Assembly: GCA_033809355.1 (NCBI GenBank)
Contig: JAPXLV010000001.1
Span: 58,295 to 122,294 of the forward strand
Length of the DNA: 64,000 nucleotides
Direction: 5' to 3'
Source of the DNA: Phycisphaerae bacterium
GTDB lineage: Bacteria; Planctomycetota; Phycisphaerae; Sedimentisphaerales; Anaerohalosphaeraceae
In this document: positions 37,588 through 47,763 of the stretch, one piece after another
How the letters are laid out: each line of letters starts with the position of its first letter
Numbering within the stretch: position 1 is the first letter of the stretch
Program-made: the position numbers and the translations under genes
Notes under the pieces: generated by a model
Told to the model about the DNA's origin: nothing
Seen by the model: only the letters and a program-made list of their open reading frames with translations
Databases searched by the model: none

Positions 37588-38190
37588 TCAAATCATCCCC
37601 GCAAAGCCCATAAACGCCAGCGACAGCAAGCCGGCCGTCACCAGCGTAATCGGTGCGCCTTGCATCGCCTCGGGGACATCGGCCAGCTCCAGATTCTCGC
37701 GAATGCCGGCCATAATGCAAATCGCCAGCGTAAAGCCCACGCCCGCGCCGATGCTCAGCACCACTGCATGAACCAGGCTGTCGATGCTCCACAGGTTCAA
37801 AAACAAACACAGCCCAAGAATGGCACAGTTGGTCGTGATCAGCGGCAAAAAGATGCCGAAACTTTCGTACAGCGTCGGAAAAAACTTGCGCATATACATT
37901 TCCACAAGCTGCACCGCCCCGGCGATGACCATAATAAAGCACAGATACCGCATGACCTCCAGCGAGTACGGAATCAAAAACAGATGGTCAATGAGCCACG
38001 TCAGCGTCCCGGCCAGCGTAACGACAAACGTCACCGCACAGCCCATCCCGAAGGCCATATCGATCCGCCCGGAAACCCCCAGATACGGGCAAGTGCCCAG
38101 GAACTTGGTCAGCACCAGGTTGTTGACAATGACAATCCCGATAAACGCCAGCAGCAGGGTTTGTAACGTATCCATAATTGTCTCTTTCAA
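37588..38190 (-). CDS. rnfA: Rnf complex subunit A
   Basis: Polytopic 200-aa protein with VNNLVLTKFLGTCPYLGVS and LPLITTNCAILG, typical of RnfA. Confidence 0.9.
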   Translation of the reverse strand: MKETIMDTLQTLLLAFIGIVIVNNLVLTKFLGTCPYLGVSGRIDMAFGMGCAVTFVVTLAGTLTWLIDHLFLIPYSLEVMRYLCFIMVIAGAVQLVEMYMRKFFPTLYESFGIFLPLITTNCAILGLCLFLNLWSIDSLVHAVVLSIGAGVGFTLAICIMAGIRENLELADVPEAMQGAPITLVTAGLLSLAFMGFAGMI

Positions 38191-38232
38191 ACTTCCTTCA
38201 AAAATCGGCCAGTTGCCATTTAAGCTACAATT

Positions 38233-38835
38233 TTATCGCGTTTTCCGTGTTATCAGATTGACACCCGCCAGGATCAGCCCCAGCGTAATAAACGCCCCGA
38301 CGGGCATGCCCATGGCCGCCCACGGCATAAACCACGAAGGTGTCGCCGGAATTTCGAACACCTTGCCCGTGGACAACACCTCACGTATCGTGGCCAGCAC
38401 ACACAGGGCCAAGGTAAATCCGATGCCCATACCCAAGGCATCAGCAAGGCTGACCAGCACAGGACTTTTACTGGCGCAGGCCTCGGCCCGTCCGATGATG
38501 ATGCAGTTTACGATAATCAGCGCGATATACGGCCCCAACGCCGCACTCATATCCGGGTAAAACGCCTTGAGATACAAATCCGCGATTGTGACAAATGTCG
38601 AAATCGTCAGCGTAAACATCAAAATTCGCAGGTGCGGCTTGAGCAGATGCTTCATCAGGCTTACGACAACATTGGAACAGGTCAGCACAAAGATCACACT
38701 GAGCCCCATTGTCAGCGCCGGCTTGAGTGCGGTGGTTACCGCCAGCACCGGACACATCCCCAGCAGCAGCCGCAGTACCGGGTTATTCTGCCACAGTCCC
38801 GCCACAAATGTCTTTCGCAAACTTTGCTCGGCCAT
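38233..38835 (-). CDS. rnfE: Rnf complex subunit E
   Basis: NNPVLRLLLGMCPVLAVTT motif and 200 aa, typical of RnfE. Confidence 0.9.
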   Translation of the reverse strand: MAEQSLRKTFVAGLWQNNPVLRLLLGMCPVLAVTTALKPALTMGLSVIFVLTCSNVVVSLMKHLLKPHLRILMFTLTISTFVTIADLYLKAFYPDMSAALGPYIALIIVNCIIIGRAEACASKSPVLVSLADALGMGIGFTLALCVLATIREVLSTGKVFEIPATPSWFMPWAAMGMPVGAFITLGLILAGVNLITRKTR

Positions 38836-38892
38836 GTTATGCGATTCCTCTCAGATCAATGACGTCATTATGGATTAGTCCGTCAAAACCGA

Positions 38893-39540
38893 TTAGGGGG
38901 ACGTCTTTAGCAGCCCCTCGGCTATCAGTTTTTGCTTAATCGGCACCAAATAGGAATTGAAAATGTCCACCACCGCCTGACTGGAGACGGTCGCTCCGCT
39001 GATGGCGACGATTTGGTCGTTGATCTCGGCCGGATCCCCGGACTTGACCAGCGTCAGCGTCCCGACCGGCGCGCCGATAAACTGCGGCTGAAAAAAGCCG
39101 CCCTGGTCGGGGGGGATGTTGATTTTATCGCCAAAGCCCGGCGTCTCGTTACTGCTGAGCACGCGAAATCCGGCGATGGTTTCGAACGCCGCGTCTGTGG
39201 CCACGACCAACTGAATCTTATCGGCAAACCCCGACCCTTCGCAGACAAATGCCCACCCGACGGTCCGGCCGGACGCATCAAGGCCGCGTTTGACATCCAC
39301 CGGGACGGTCTTGCCGTCGATCTCAATCCACACCGGTTCGGCGGCAGCCGATTCAAACTGCACCGCCTCGGGCAGCAGCAGGCCGGCCAGTCGGTTAAAC
39401 TGGTTGATGGTATTTTGCTCAATGCGGGGCCTCCAGGCGGCCTCGGTAATCGCCAGCAGTGCGCCAAATACCAGCGCCGCCATCATCAGAACCCAGCTCT
39501 GTTCGAAATAGTATTTGATCTTAGCAAACATCAGGGACAC
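38893..39540 (-). CDS. rnfG: Rnf complex subunit G (FMN-binding)
   Basis: N-terminal TM helix and the FMN attachment-type motif ISGATVSS. Confidence 0.85.
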   Translation of the reverse strand: MSLMFAKIKYYFEQSWVLMMAALVFGALLAITEAAWRPRIEQNTINQFNRLAGLLLPEAVQFESAAAEPVWIEIDGKTVPVDVKRGLDASGRTVGWAFVCEGSGFADKIQLVVATDAAFETIAGFRVLSSNETPGFGDKINIPPDQGGFFQPQFIGAPVGTLTLVKSGDPAEINDQIVAISGATVSSQAVVDIFNSYLVPIKQKLIAEGLLKTSP

Positions 39541-40531
39541 CTCCTGCGGGTGTTAACTTGCAAAATCGATCAATCAGCGGCGTAAGGGCATTCATTATCA
39601 ACACCGCGTACATGACTCCTTCCGGATACTCCCCCACGATACGAATCAGCATAATCAGCGCCCCGACTCCCAGCCCGAAAATCCACATCCCTTTGACAGT
39701 CAGTGGCGCAGTAACCGGATCAGTGGCGATAAAAAACGCACAAATCAGCAACCCGCCGCCGAACAGATGCAGCAGCGGATTGACATAAGCCTGCGGGTTC
39801 ATCAGCCAGGTCGCCAGCGCGATGCCGCCGGATGACAGCAGCACCGCTGCGGGAATATGCCAGGTAATCGTCCGGCGGAACAGCAAATACGCCCCCCCGA
39901 TCAGCAGTGCCAATGCACTGGTCTCACCCAGACAGCCGCCCACTTCGCCCCAAAACGCATTGGAAATTTGGGCATTGATGTATTGGGGCTCGACCTGTCC
40001 TTTCTGCACCGCCTTGCTCCAGGCCAGCGGCGTGGCTTGCGTGGTGGCACTGGTGTTGGCGGCGGTGATTATCGGCAGCTCCGCTTCGAGCGTGGCCGGT
40101 ACTGTCCACGTCGTCATCGCCGCGCCGAACGAAGCGGTCATAAACGCCCGCGCCGCCATGGCCGGATTAAAGATATTGGACCCCAGCCCCCCGAAAACCA
40201 TCTTGGCAATCACAATTGCAAACACACTGCCGACGATGGCTGCCGAAAACGGCACCTGCGGCGGCAGCGACAGCGCCAAAATCACTCCCGTGACTACTGC
40301 GCTCAAATCACCGAGAGAGGCTGCCCGTTTGCGAATCACAGTACACAGCCATTCACTGATGACACACGTAATGACACAGACGGCAATGACCAGCAGTGCC
40401 CGCAGGCGAAAAAACAGGCCCGCTGCAATCACCGCCGGCAGCAATCCGATCAAGACATCGCCCATCACCCGGCGTGTAGAAAGTGCCTGGCGGATGTGCG
40501 GCGCCGGGGATACGGTTATCTTACTCAGCAT
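39521..40531 (-). CDS. rnfD: Rnf complex subunit D
   Basis: 336-aa polytopic NqrB/RnfD-like protein. Position between rnfC and rnfG, overlapping rnfG by 20 nt. Confidence 0.85.
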   Translation of the reverse strand: MLSKITVSPAPHIRQALSTRRVMGDVLIGLLPAVIAAGLFFRLRALLVIAVCVITCVISEWLCTVIRKRAASLGDLSAVVTGVILALSLPPQVPFSAAIVGSVFAIVIAKMVFGGLGSNIFNPAMAARAFMTASFGAAMTTWTVPATLEAELPIITAANTSATTQATPLAWSKAVQKGQVEPQYINAQISNAFWGEVGGCLGETSALALLIGGAYLLFRRTITWHIPAAVLLSSGGIALATWLMNPQAYVNPLLHLFGGGLLICAFFIATDPVTAPLTVKGMWIFGLGVGALIMLIRIVGEYPEGVMYAVLIMNALTPLIDRFCKLTPAGGVPDVC

Positions 40532-40633
40532 TGAACTATCCTTATTTTCATCTTAATTTTCAGCATGAAAGTACGTTTAGAACTCAGCATTCATAATTTA
40601 ACATTGACGATTTATGTTTAGAATTTTTCCCTC

Positions 40634-42007
40634 TTAGGCTTGCATTCGTTTTTTGGCGCGTGCGACCAATATTTTGCCGGTCTTGATGTAGCCGGTCACC
40701 TCGATATTGGCCGGACAGACATAACTGCAGCAGCCGCACTCGATGCACGCGGACATATAATACTGCTCGGCAATATCCATCCGATTATGTTTGACCGCAT
40801 GAGCGATTTTGGTGGGGTTCAATCCTTCCGGGCAAGCCAAGACACAGCGACCGCAGCGGAGACACGGCGTTTGCAGTTTTTGGGATTGAGCTCGGGCGAC
40901 ATCCTCCCGTGTCAGCACGGTAATCGCCCCGGCGGTCTTGGTCAGCGGCGTGTTCAAATCGGCGATTGCAAAGCCCATCATCGGCCCCCCGATCACGACC
41001 TTGGCCGCCTGTTCGGTCAACCCTCCGCAATGCTCCAGCAGGTCACTGATGGTCATCCCGATGGGCACGTAATAATTGCCGGGGCGGGCAACCGCCTGCC
41101 CCGTAACGGTCGTTATCCGATGGGTCAGCGGTTTGTTCAGCACCACCGCCTCGGCAATAGCCGCACAGGTCGCGACATTCAGCACACACACACCGATAGT
41201 CGGCGGAATCTTGCCGGTCGGGACGGTTTTGCCCAGCAGCGACCGAATCAGCTGCCGTTCGCCGCCCTGGGGGTATTTGGTCTTTACCGCCGTGACTTGA
41301 ATATCCAGGTCCTCAACGGTCGAAGCTGCCTCGGTCATTACACCGATCGCCAAGGGTTTGTTGTCCTCAATGCCGATTCGCACCTTTTCGACGCCGCAGG
41401 CCTTGGCGGCCAGCCGTATCCCCGCCAGCACCTGCCAGGTTCCTTCCAGCATCAGCCGATAATCGCAGGTAATAAACGGCTCGCACTCACAGCCGTTAAT
41501 CAGCAGAATCTCTTTGAGCATTGCCGGATTCGGCTCAATCTTGACGCGTGTCGGAAAGCCCGCCCCCCCCATACCGACCAGCCCGCCGTTGCCGACCGCC
41601 TGGCAAATGTGTTCTACCGAATACGGCTCGGCGCTGAAGCCGGCGTCAAACCGCTCAAACGGCGGCGTTTGGGCGGCTGGGCTGTCTGCAGCCGTTTCAA
41701 TCAGCACCGCCATTGTCCGTCCGACTACCGGATGCGACTGCAGCGCAATGTCCTTGACCGTTCCGTTCACCGGCGAATGGACGGGCGCCGAGACAAAGGC
41801 GTCGCTTTTGCCGATCATCTGCCCGGCCTGGACGGTGTCGCGCTTGGCCACCAGCGGTTGGCACGGTGCGCCCAGATGCTGACTGAGCAGGATGGCCACC
41901 TGTTTGGGCGGTACCACCGGCTCTATGTCACAGTTTTCGCTGATATGCTTGTTTTCAGGCGGATGCACACCGCCCGGAAAGGTCGCTTTTTTGCTTAGTA
42001 TTACCAT
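40634..42007 (-). CDS. rnfC: Rnf complex subunit C
   Basis: Start taken at the ATG at 42007 (MVILSKKATFPGGVHPP). Two 4Fe-4S motifs: CLRCGRCVLACP and CIECGCCSYVCP. Confidence 0.9.
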   Translation of the reverse strand: MVILSKKATFPGGVHPPENKHISENCDIEPVVPPKQVAILLSQHLGAPCQPLVAKRDTVQAGQMIGKSDAFVSAPVHSPVNGTVKDIALQSHPVVGRTMAVLIETAADSPAAQTPPFERFDAGFSAEPYSVEHICQAVGNGGLVGMGGAGFPTRVKIEPNPAMLKEILLINGCECEPFITCDYRLMLEGTWQVLAGIRLAAKACGVEKVRIGIEDNKPLAIGVMTEAASTVEDLDIQVTAVKTKYPQGGERQLIRSLLGKTVPTGKIPPTIGVCVLNVATCAAIAEAVVLNKPLTHRITTVTGQAVARPGNYYVPIGMTISDLLEHCGGLTEQAAKVVIGGPMMGFAIADLNTPLTKTAGAITVLTREDVARAQSQKLQTPCLRCGRCVLACPEGLNPTKIAHAVKHNRMDIAEQYYMSACIECGCCSYVCPANIEVTGYIKTGKILVARAKKRMQA

Positions 42008-42064
42008 ATGTCGTCCCGTCTCAATTTGGTATTGGTCCCCGATTGTCACAAGCGGCCGGAAGAT

Positions 42065-42394
42065 TTATTCTGGACACGCCAAATCTGTTTCGTCTTTCCG
42101 TTCCGGAGTCGAGCGGCGATGGCAAACGACCTTGCCAAGCCACACCGCCCCGACAGTAGCGGCCGCACTGCCTCCGAACACCACCGCAATGCGAAGATTC
42201 TCAGCCCACGTCTTAGGCAGCCACCGGTCAAACCCGATAACCAACACCGCAAAAAGACCGATTGGCACCACAAACGCCCAAAACACCTTGCCCGCCACCG
42301 GCGGCGCGTCGCTGTGTCCAAGACGCCGATAAACCTCCCTGCAACTGTCTTTTTGCGGACATTGCGAACAATAATCGTTGTTTTTTATTCCCAT
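42065..42394 (-). CDS. Small membrane protein, possibly RseC/MucC family
   Basis: 109 aa with N-terminal Cys motifs (CSQCPQKDSC) followed by two predicted TM helices. It lies directly upstream of rnfC, where RseC-like genes sit in some rnf loci. Confidence 0.4.
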   Translation of the reverse strand: MGIKNNDYCSQCPQKDSCREVYRRLGHSDAPPVAGKVFWAFVVPIGLFAVLVIGFDRWLPKTWAENLRIAVVFGGSAAATVGAVWLGKVVCHRRSTPERKDETDLACPE

Positions 42395-42503
42395 CCGTGC
42401 ATTAAAAAATTTTCCTTATAGTCAACAAAAACAGACTTTTCAAGCAAAAATCCTACTGGTTTGTTGCTGTGGTCTATCCTCTTTTATCGCCGCTTGTCTT
42501 GTT

Positions 42504-43565
42504 TTACAGCAAGGCGGACGCCTCGGCTCCTGCCAGACGTAAAATCCGCGCCGGCTCCTCGGCCATCCCAGTACGAGCCGACAAATACGCCGCCTCGATA
42601 ACCGCCATAGTATTTAGGTCCATCCCATGCTCAGGATGCAGCGGATTGGCTTTCGGGTCGCTCAGGTGGTCAACCAAATTCTTGAGCAAACGCTCCATAG
42701 AAGGCCGTCGGCCCTCTTTATAGATGATGCGTTCCAGTTCCTCGCCGCTGTTCTCGCAGATGACAACCTCATCCTGCGTGGCCGTCAAATGCCGATCCTT
42801 GCCGTGAATTCGCAAATGCTGTCGGGCCGGGCCGAGCGTTCGACTGGCACACATCTGAGCGATCAGCGTATCAGAAAACTGCATCGCCACGATCGCCGTG
42901 TCCTCGGTCAGACTAAGCCGTTGCTGACGATCGGGCGCCTGACTTTGGGTCAGGGCATAGACCCGCTGCGGCAACCCAAAACATAATACCATCTCATCAA
43001 TAAGGTTATAGCAATTTTGCAGAAGCACCCCTCCGCCGGTCAACTGGGGATCCAGCCGCCATCGTTCGGACGGTGCAAGCGATTCGGCCGGAAGATGACA
43101 GGCCAGAGTAACCAAGTGGACCGTGTTGGATTGTTCCACACTCGAATGTAAAAACTTCAATATATGCTCAAACGGACGGCCAAAACGTCCATTTTGTGCC
43201 ACTGTGAACAACACGCCTTCCCGTTTAGCAGTATTGATAAATTCGGCGCCCTGCTCAAAATTCAACGTCCACGGCCACGCCGAGAGGATGTTCATTTTTT
43301 TTTGAAGGGCTTGTCGGATGTGGTCGATGGTTTGGTGAGGCGGTGCCCCGATAAACAATAAGTCCGCTTTATTCTGGACAATCAACTGCCGATAATCAGT
43401 GTAATGCGCGCACTCGTATTTGCGGCCCGCCACCTCGGCGCTGGTCGGGTCGGTATCACCGACGGCCACAATCCTGAGCGTTGGCATTTCCCAGGCGATC
43501 TCCAAAAGGTCCTCGACGCAGCCCGTCAAGCCGATGGCCGCTACAGTCAGTTGCTGTTCATCCAT
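42504..43565 (-). CDS. Gfo/Idh/MocA family oxidoreductase
   Basis: N-terminal Rossmann-like segment (VAAIGLTGCVE ... RIVAVGDTD) and a typical length of 353 aa. Confidence 0.7.
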   Translation of the reverse strand: MDEQQLTVAAIGLTGCVEDLLEIAWEMPTLRIVAVGDTDPTSAEVAGRKYECAHYTDYRQLIVQNKADLLFIGAPPHQTIDHIRQALQKKMNILSAWPWTLNFEQGAEFINTAKREGVLFTVAQNGRFGRPFEHILKFLHSSVEQSNTVHLVTLACHLPAESLAPSERWRLDPQLTGGGVLLQNCYNLIDEMVLCFGLPQRVYALTQSQAPDRQQRLSLTEDTAIVAMQFSDTLIAQMCASRTLGPARQHLRIHGKDRHLTATQDEVVICENSGEELERIIYKEGRRPSMERLLKNLVDHLSDPKANPLHPEHGMDLNTMAVIEAAYLSARTGMAEEPARILRLAGAEASALL

Positions 43566-43781
43566 AAACCCGGCCCATCCCCTCAGCGGAGAATTCAGAA
43601 TATTTCTGGTTGCTTGGCGTCATGCTTATGCGGCTATTATACCCTGACCAAGCCCACTGTCCAGACGAACTTATCCACGATTTTGCCGGCAAACTTTGAC
43701 CACTGCGGGCTTTTCTTTTCACGGTGAATTGTTATACTGCGTATGTGCATGTGCAACTTTTATTATTGGATGAGACAGATT

Positions 43782-45713
43782 ATGGACGCATTGAATGACC
43801 TGATTCGGATTTCCGCCGCCGTTGGTGCCGACCCGTCTCTCGTTTTGGGCAATTTTGGCAATACCTCCGTCAAGACCGACGACAACAAGTGGATGTATAT
43901 CAAAACCAGCGGCACCGCCTTGACCGAGGTCAGCGACGAACAAGGCTGGCGACGGGTGCGGGTGGCCGATGTCCTGAACCTGCTCTCGGATAAGCAATTG
44001 CCCCGAATGGATGAAGCGCGACGCGCCGTCCATCTCGATGCGGCCTTGCTGCTGGCCTGCGACGACGACCAGCCGGCAGACTGCAAGCCCTCGGTCGAAA
44101 CATTCTTTCATGCCCTGCTCGATAAGGTGGTCGTCCATCTGCACCCAGAGGCGGTGCTGTCAGCGGCCTGCTCCAAAGACGGTCCCCAACTCACGGCCAC
44201 TCTGTTTGCCAGGGGAAAATATCCCCCGCTGTGGCTTCCCTACAAGGGGTTGGGCTATCCGTGCGCTCGTACGATTCGAACCCTTGCCGCACGGTATGAA
44301 TCCGAGCACGGCCGCCGTCCAGAGGTGCTGATAATGCAAAATCACGGCCTGATTGTCAGCGCCGGCTCGACCGAAGCAGCCCTGCGGCTTGTCAAAAAAA
44401 CCGTTGCTGCTTTTGCCAATTGTCAAAAACCCATCACACCTCTTGCTTCCCAAACCCCCGATCCAAAAACGCTCAACGCCGCTCGCTCGGCCATTCGTCA
44501 GGCCGTTTTTAACGCCGCCGGCAGGTATGTGGCGGTCCACGGCTGGCTCGATGGGCAGATGCGCGCGTTGCTGGCCGACCCCAACGCCAAAGCCTTCTGC
44601 CGCGGCGGAGCGATTACCCCCGACGAGGCGGTCATACTGCACGGCGGCCCGCTGTGGCTCGAAACACTCGACCCTGCGCGGCTGACCCGACAGCTTGTAA
44701 AACGCAAGCAGGCCGGTGCCCCTTTGCCGGTGGGGTTTGCCGTCAAGGGGATGGGGCTGTTTACGGCCGTCTCGGCGACTCAAATCCCCTTTGTCGGCGA
44801 CTTTGCCCGCTCCTATTTACGCGTACGTCGCGACGTCCTGCACGGCGGCCTGCGATGCATTCCCCGCGTGCTGGCTGAACGCTATGCCGAAACCAAGGCG
44901 CAGCCTGCCCCGGCCGGTGTGCTCAGCGGTCGGCTGGCGGTGGTCACCGGTGCCGGCAGCGGACTGGGGCGCAGCATCGCCGTCGGCCTGGCACGCGCCG
45001 GAGCCAACGTAGGGTTGGCTGACATTGACGCCGCGGCCATCGATCAGACAGCACAATTCATCGCCGCCGAGCGTCCCGATGTCGCCACGCTGCCGCTGCC
45101 GTGCAATGTAACCGATGAGAAGGCCGTGGATGCCGCCTTTCAAACATTAATGGACATATGGGGCGGGGTGGATATTCTGGTCAATGCCGCCGGCGTAGCC
45201 CCGGCCTATTCGCTGGTGGAGCTGCCGGTGGATAAATGGCGATTTGCGCTTGAGGTCAATCTGACCGGTTACTTTCTGATGGCCCGTGCAGCGGCGCGGA
45301 TTATGATCGCCCAAGCCATCGGCGGAGCGATTATCAACATCAGTTCCAAGTCCGGTCTGGAGCCGAGCAAAAACAACACCCCCTACAACGCCACCAAAGC
45401 CGGTGAAATTCATATGGCCCGCGGCTGGGCGCTGGAGCTGGGCCCGCACAACATCCGCGTCAACAGCGTCTGTCCCGGAAATGTGTTCGAAGGCTCCAAA
45501 ATCTGGAACCCCGAATACATCAAAGTCTGCGCGAAAAAATATGGCATCAAGCTGGAAGAAGTGATTCCCTATTACATTAGCAAAACCGCCCTGAATCGAG
45601 AAATCAAAGGGCAGGACATCGCCGATTCGGTGGTCTTTCTGGCCTCCGATCAGGCACGACGCATGACCGGCCAGACGCTCGTGGTCGATGCCGGCCAAGT
45701 GTTTGTGCGCTGA
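43782..45713 (+). CDS. Bifunctional class II aldolase/short-chain dehydrogenase (rhamnulose-1-phosphate aldolase/alcohol dehydrogenase-like)
   Basis: N-terminal aldolase/adducin-like region (GNFGNTSVK) fused to an SDR domain (VVTGAGSGLGRSIA, YNATKAG). The start is uncertain (43743, 43770 or 43782). Confidence 0.8.
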   Translation: MDALNDLIRISAAVGADPSLVLGNFGNTSVKTDDNKWMYIKTSGTALTEVSDEQGWRRVRVADVLNLLSDKQLPRMDEARRAVHLDAALLLACDDDQPADCKPSVETFFHALLDKVVVHLHPEAVLSAACSKDGPQLTATLFARGKYPPLWLPYKGLGYPCARTIRTLAARYESEHGRRPEVLIMQNHGLIVSAGSTEAALRLVKKTVAAFANCQKPITPLASQTPDPKTLNAARSAIRQAVFNAAGRYVAVHGWLDGQMRALLADPNAKAFCRGGAITPDEAVILHGGPLWLETLDPARLTRQLVKRKQAGAPLPVGFAVKGMGLFTAVSATQIPFVGDFARSYLRVRRDVLHGGLRCIPRVLAERYAETKAQPAPAGVLSGRLAVVTGAGSGLGRSIAVGLARAGANVGLADIDAAAIDQTAQFIAAERPDVATLPLPCNVTDEKAVDAAFQTLMDIWGGVDILVNAAGVAPAYSLVELPVDKWRFALEVNLTGYFLMARAAARIMIAQAIGGAIINISSKSGLEPSKNNTPYNATKAGEIHMARGWALELGPHNIRVNSVCPGNVFEGSKIWNPEYIKVCAKKYGIKLEEVIPYYISKTALNREIKGQDIADSVVFLASDQARRMTGQTLVVDAGQVFVR

Positions 45714-45721
45714 TGACATAC

Positions 45722-45741
45722 CACGGGCTTTCCGGCCCGTG
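45722..45741 (+). terminator. Hairpin downstream of the aldolase/SDR gene
   Basis: CACGGGC tttccg GCCCGTG, a 7-bp perfect stem. There is no clear T-tract. Confidence 0.35.
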
Positions 45742-45837
45742 TTAGAATCGGCGTCTTATAAAAAGTGGGCAGGATGAGCCTGTGGCCGAGACGGCTGTGC
45801 CGCAAAAGACAAATAAATTTTGAGTAAGGGGATTGCA

Positions 45838-47745
45838 ATGAACCATCGAACACTCATCGCAGCAGTAAGTACTTTCGGGATGGGTTTGGTCTGTACGGCC
45901 TCTGCCGCTGCGGCGGAAGTTTCGCTCGAGCAAGTCGCCGCCGCCATTCAGCGAGCCGACCAGCCGCCTCCGACGCTCTTGATCAATGCCCGGCAGGAAC
46001 AAATCGTTCAAACCCACCTTCAATCCGATCCTTTCTTCAATGCCCTGGCCGATGCGATTATTCAAAGGGCCGATCGCTACGTCGGCGGAAAACCCGTTCA
46101 GCGGGTCATGACCGGTCGGCGTTTGCTGTCGGTCTCAAGGGAGTGTCTAACGCGGCTCAGTGTACTGGCGGCGGCCTTTGGCCTGACCGAAGATTTTCGC
46201 TATCGCGACCAGGCCCAGGCCGAAATGCTCGCGGCGGCGGCCTTTTCGGATTGGAACCCCAGCCATTTTCTGGATACCGCCGAGATGACCGCTGCGTTGG
46301 GCATTGGCTATGACCGTTTTTACAACGTCCTGTCCGATGAAGCCCGCCTGCAGATTCGCACTGCCATCATCGAAAAAGGCCTGAACCCTTCCTTTACGCC
46401 AAACCAGTGGTGGATTACAGCGGAAAACAACTGGAACCAGGTTTGCCATGGCGGCCTGACCATCGGGGCATTGGCGATCCGTCGTGAGGCCCCCGAGCTG
46501 GCGGCCCGCGTAATCCATCGTGCCATCAGCAACATCCCCCGAGCAATGAACGAATATGAACCGGATGGCGCCTACCCCGAAGGACCGGGCTACTGGTCAT
46601 ACGGCACCTCATACAATGTTGCCATGATCGCGGCCCTCGAGTCGGTGCTTGGCACGGATTTTGGCCTATCTGAGCGAAAAGGCTTTGCCGCCGCCGGTGA
46701 CTATTATTTGCATGTCAGCGGTCCAAGCGGTTTGTATTTTAACTATGCCGACTGCGGGCGCGGCGGCTCGGTGGATCCCACAATGTTCTGGTTCGCATAT
46801 CGGTATGACAAGCCGTACCTGCTGTTTCATCAATTGCCAATGCTCTGGCCCAAAGACGCCGAAAAGATCACCCACATCTCCTGGCTCTCTCCGATGCTGC
46901 TGCTGTGGGGACAAACTGAAACTCAGATTCCCCCCCGGCGGCACTGGCTTGGACGCGGCCAAACACCGGTGGCCAACTTTCGCAGTTCCTGGACCGAACC
47001 TGATGCGGCCTATCTGGCCGTCAAGGGCGGCTGCGCCTTTTCCAACCACGCCCATATGGACGCCGGCTCATTCGTCTATGAGGCCGATGGTGTCCGCTGG
47101 GCGTTGGATTTGGGAATGCAGGATTACACGCGGATGGAAAGCCGCGGGCTGGATATCTGGAATCGAGGCCAGAATTCCGACCGCTGGAAGATTTTCCGCT
47201 ACAGCAACTTTGCTCACAACACCCTGACCGTTAACAGCCAATTGCACAACGTCCGCGGCGTGGCTCGTATTATTCGTTTTTCCGATGCCGATCCCAGGCC
47301 TTTTGCCGTTATCGAAATGAGCGAAGTCTTCGAAAATCAACTGGCCAAAGTCGACCGCGGCGTGGCGTTGCTGGATACCCGACAGGCCCTGATTCAGGAT
47401 GAATGGGCCGCCGGCGAAAAACCCGCCGCCGTGCGCTGGGCGATGGTTGCTCCCGGCAAGGCCGACATACTCAGCCCTACCGTCGCCCGACTCAGCGAAA
47501 AAGGGAAAACCCTGTTGTTTGAACTTCACTGTCCCGAACCAACGCACCTGAAACTCTATTCCACCGAGCCGCCCAACGAATGGGACGAACCCAACCCCAA
47601 CACCTATTTAATCGGCTTTGAGATAACTCTTAAACCCCGCCAGGCGATTCGACTGGCGGTAACGCTGACTCCGGGAAGTGTGGACAAAAAACGTGACATT
47701 TTACCCTTAAAACCCTTGTCCCAGTGGACAAACCAGAGCCCGTAA
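45838..47745 (+). CDS. Heparinase II/III-family protein (polysaccharide lyase-like)
   Basis: Signal peptide after the ATG at 45838. NWNQVCHGG and NHAHMDAGSF motifs are typical of heparinase II/III-like proteins. Confidence 0.75.
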   Translation: MNHRTLIAAVSTFGMGLVCTASAAAAEVSLEQVAAAIQRADQPPPTLLINARQEQIVQTHLQSDPFFNALADAIIQRADRYVGGKPVQRVMTGRRLLSVSRECLTRLSVLAAAFGLTEDFRYRDQAQAEMLAAAAFSDWNPSHFLDTAEMTAALGIGYDRFYNVLSDEARLQIRTAIIEKGLNPSFTPNQWWITAENNWNQVCHGGLTIGALAIRREAPELAARVIHRAISNIPRAMNEYEPDGAYPEGPGYWSYGTSYNVAMIAALESVLGTDFGLSERKGFAAAGDYYLHVSGPSGLYFNYADCGRGGSVDPTMFWFAYRYDKPYLLFHQLPMLWPKDAEKITHISWLSPMLLLWGQTETQIPPRRHWLGRGQTPVANFRSSWTEPDAAYLAVKGGCAFSNHAHMDAGSFVYEADGVRWALDLGMQDYTRMESRGLDIWNRGQNSDRWKIFRYSNFAHNTLTVNSQLHNVRGVARIIRFSDADPRPFAVIEMSEVFENQLAKVDRGVALLDTRQALIQDEWAAGEKPAAVRWAMVAPGKADILSPTVARLSEKGKTLLFELHCPEPTHLKLYSTEPPNEWDEPNPNTYLIGFEITLKPRQAIRLAVTLTPGSVDKKRDILPLKPLSQWTNQSP

Positions 47746-47763
47746 ACCCGCCGCTGCCAACGC

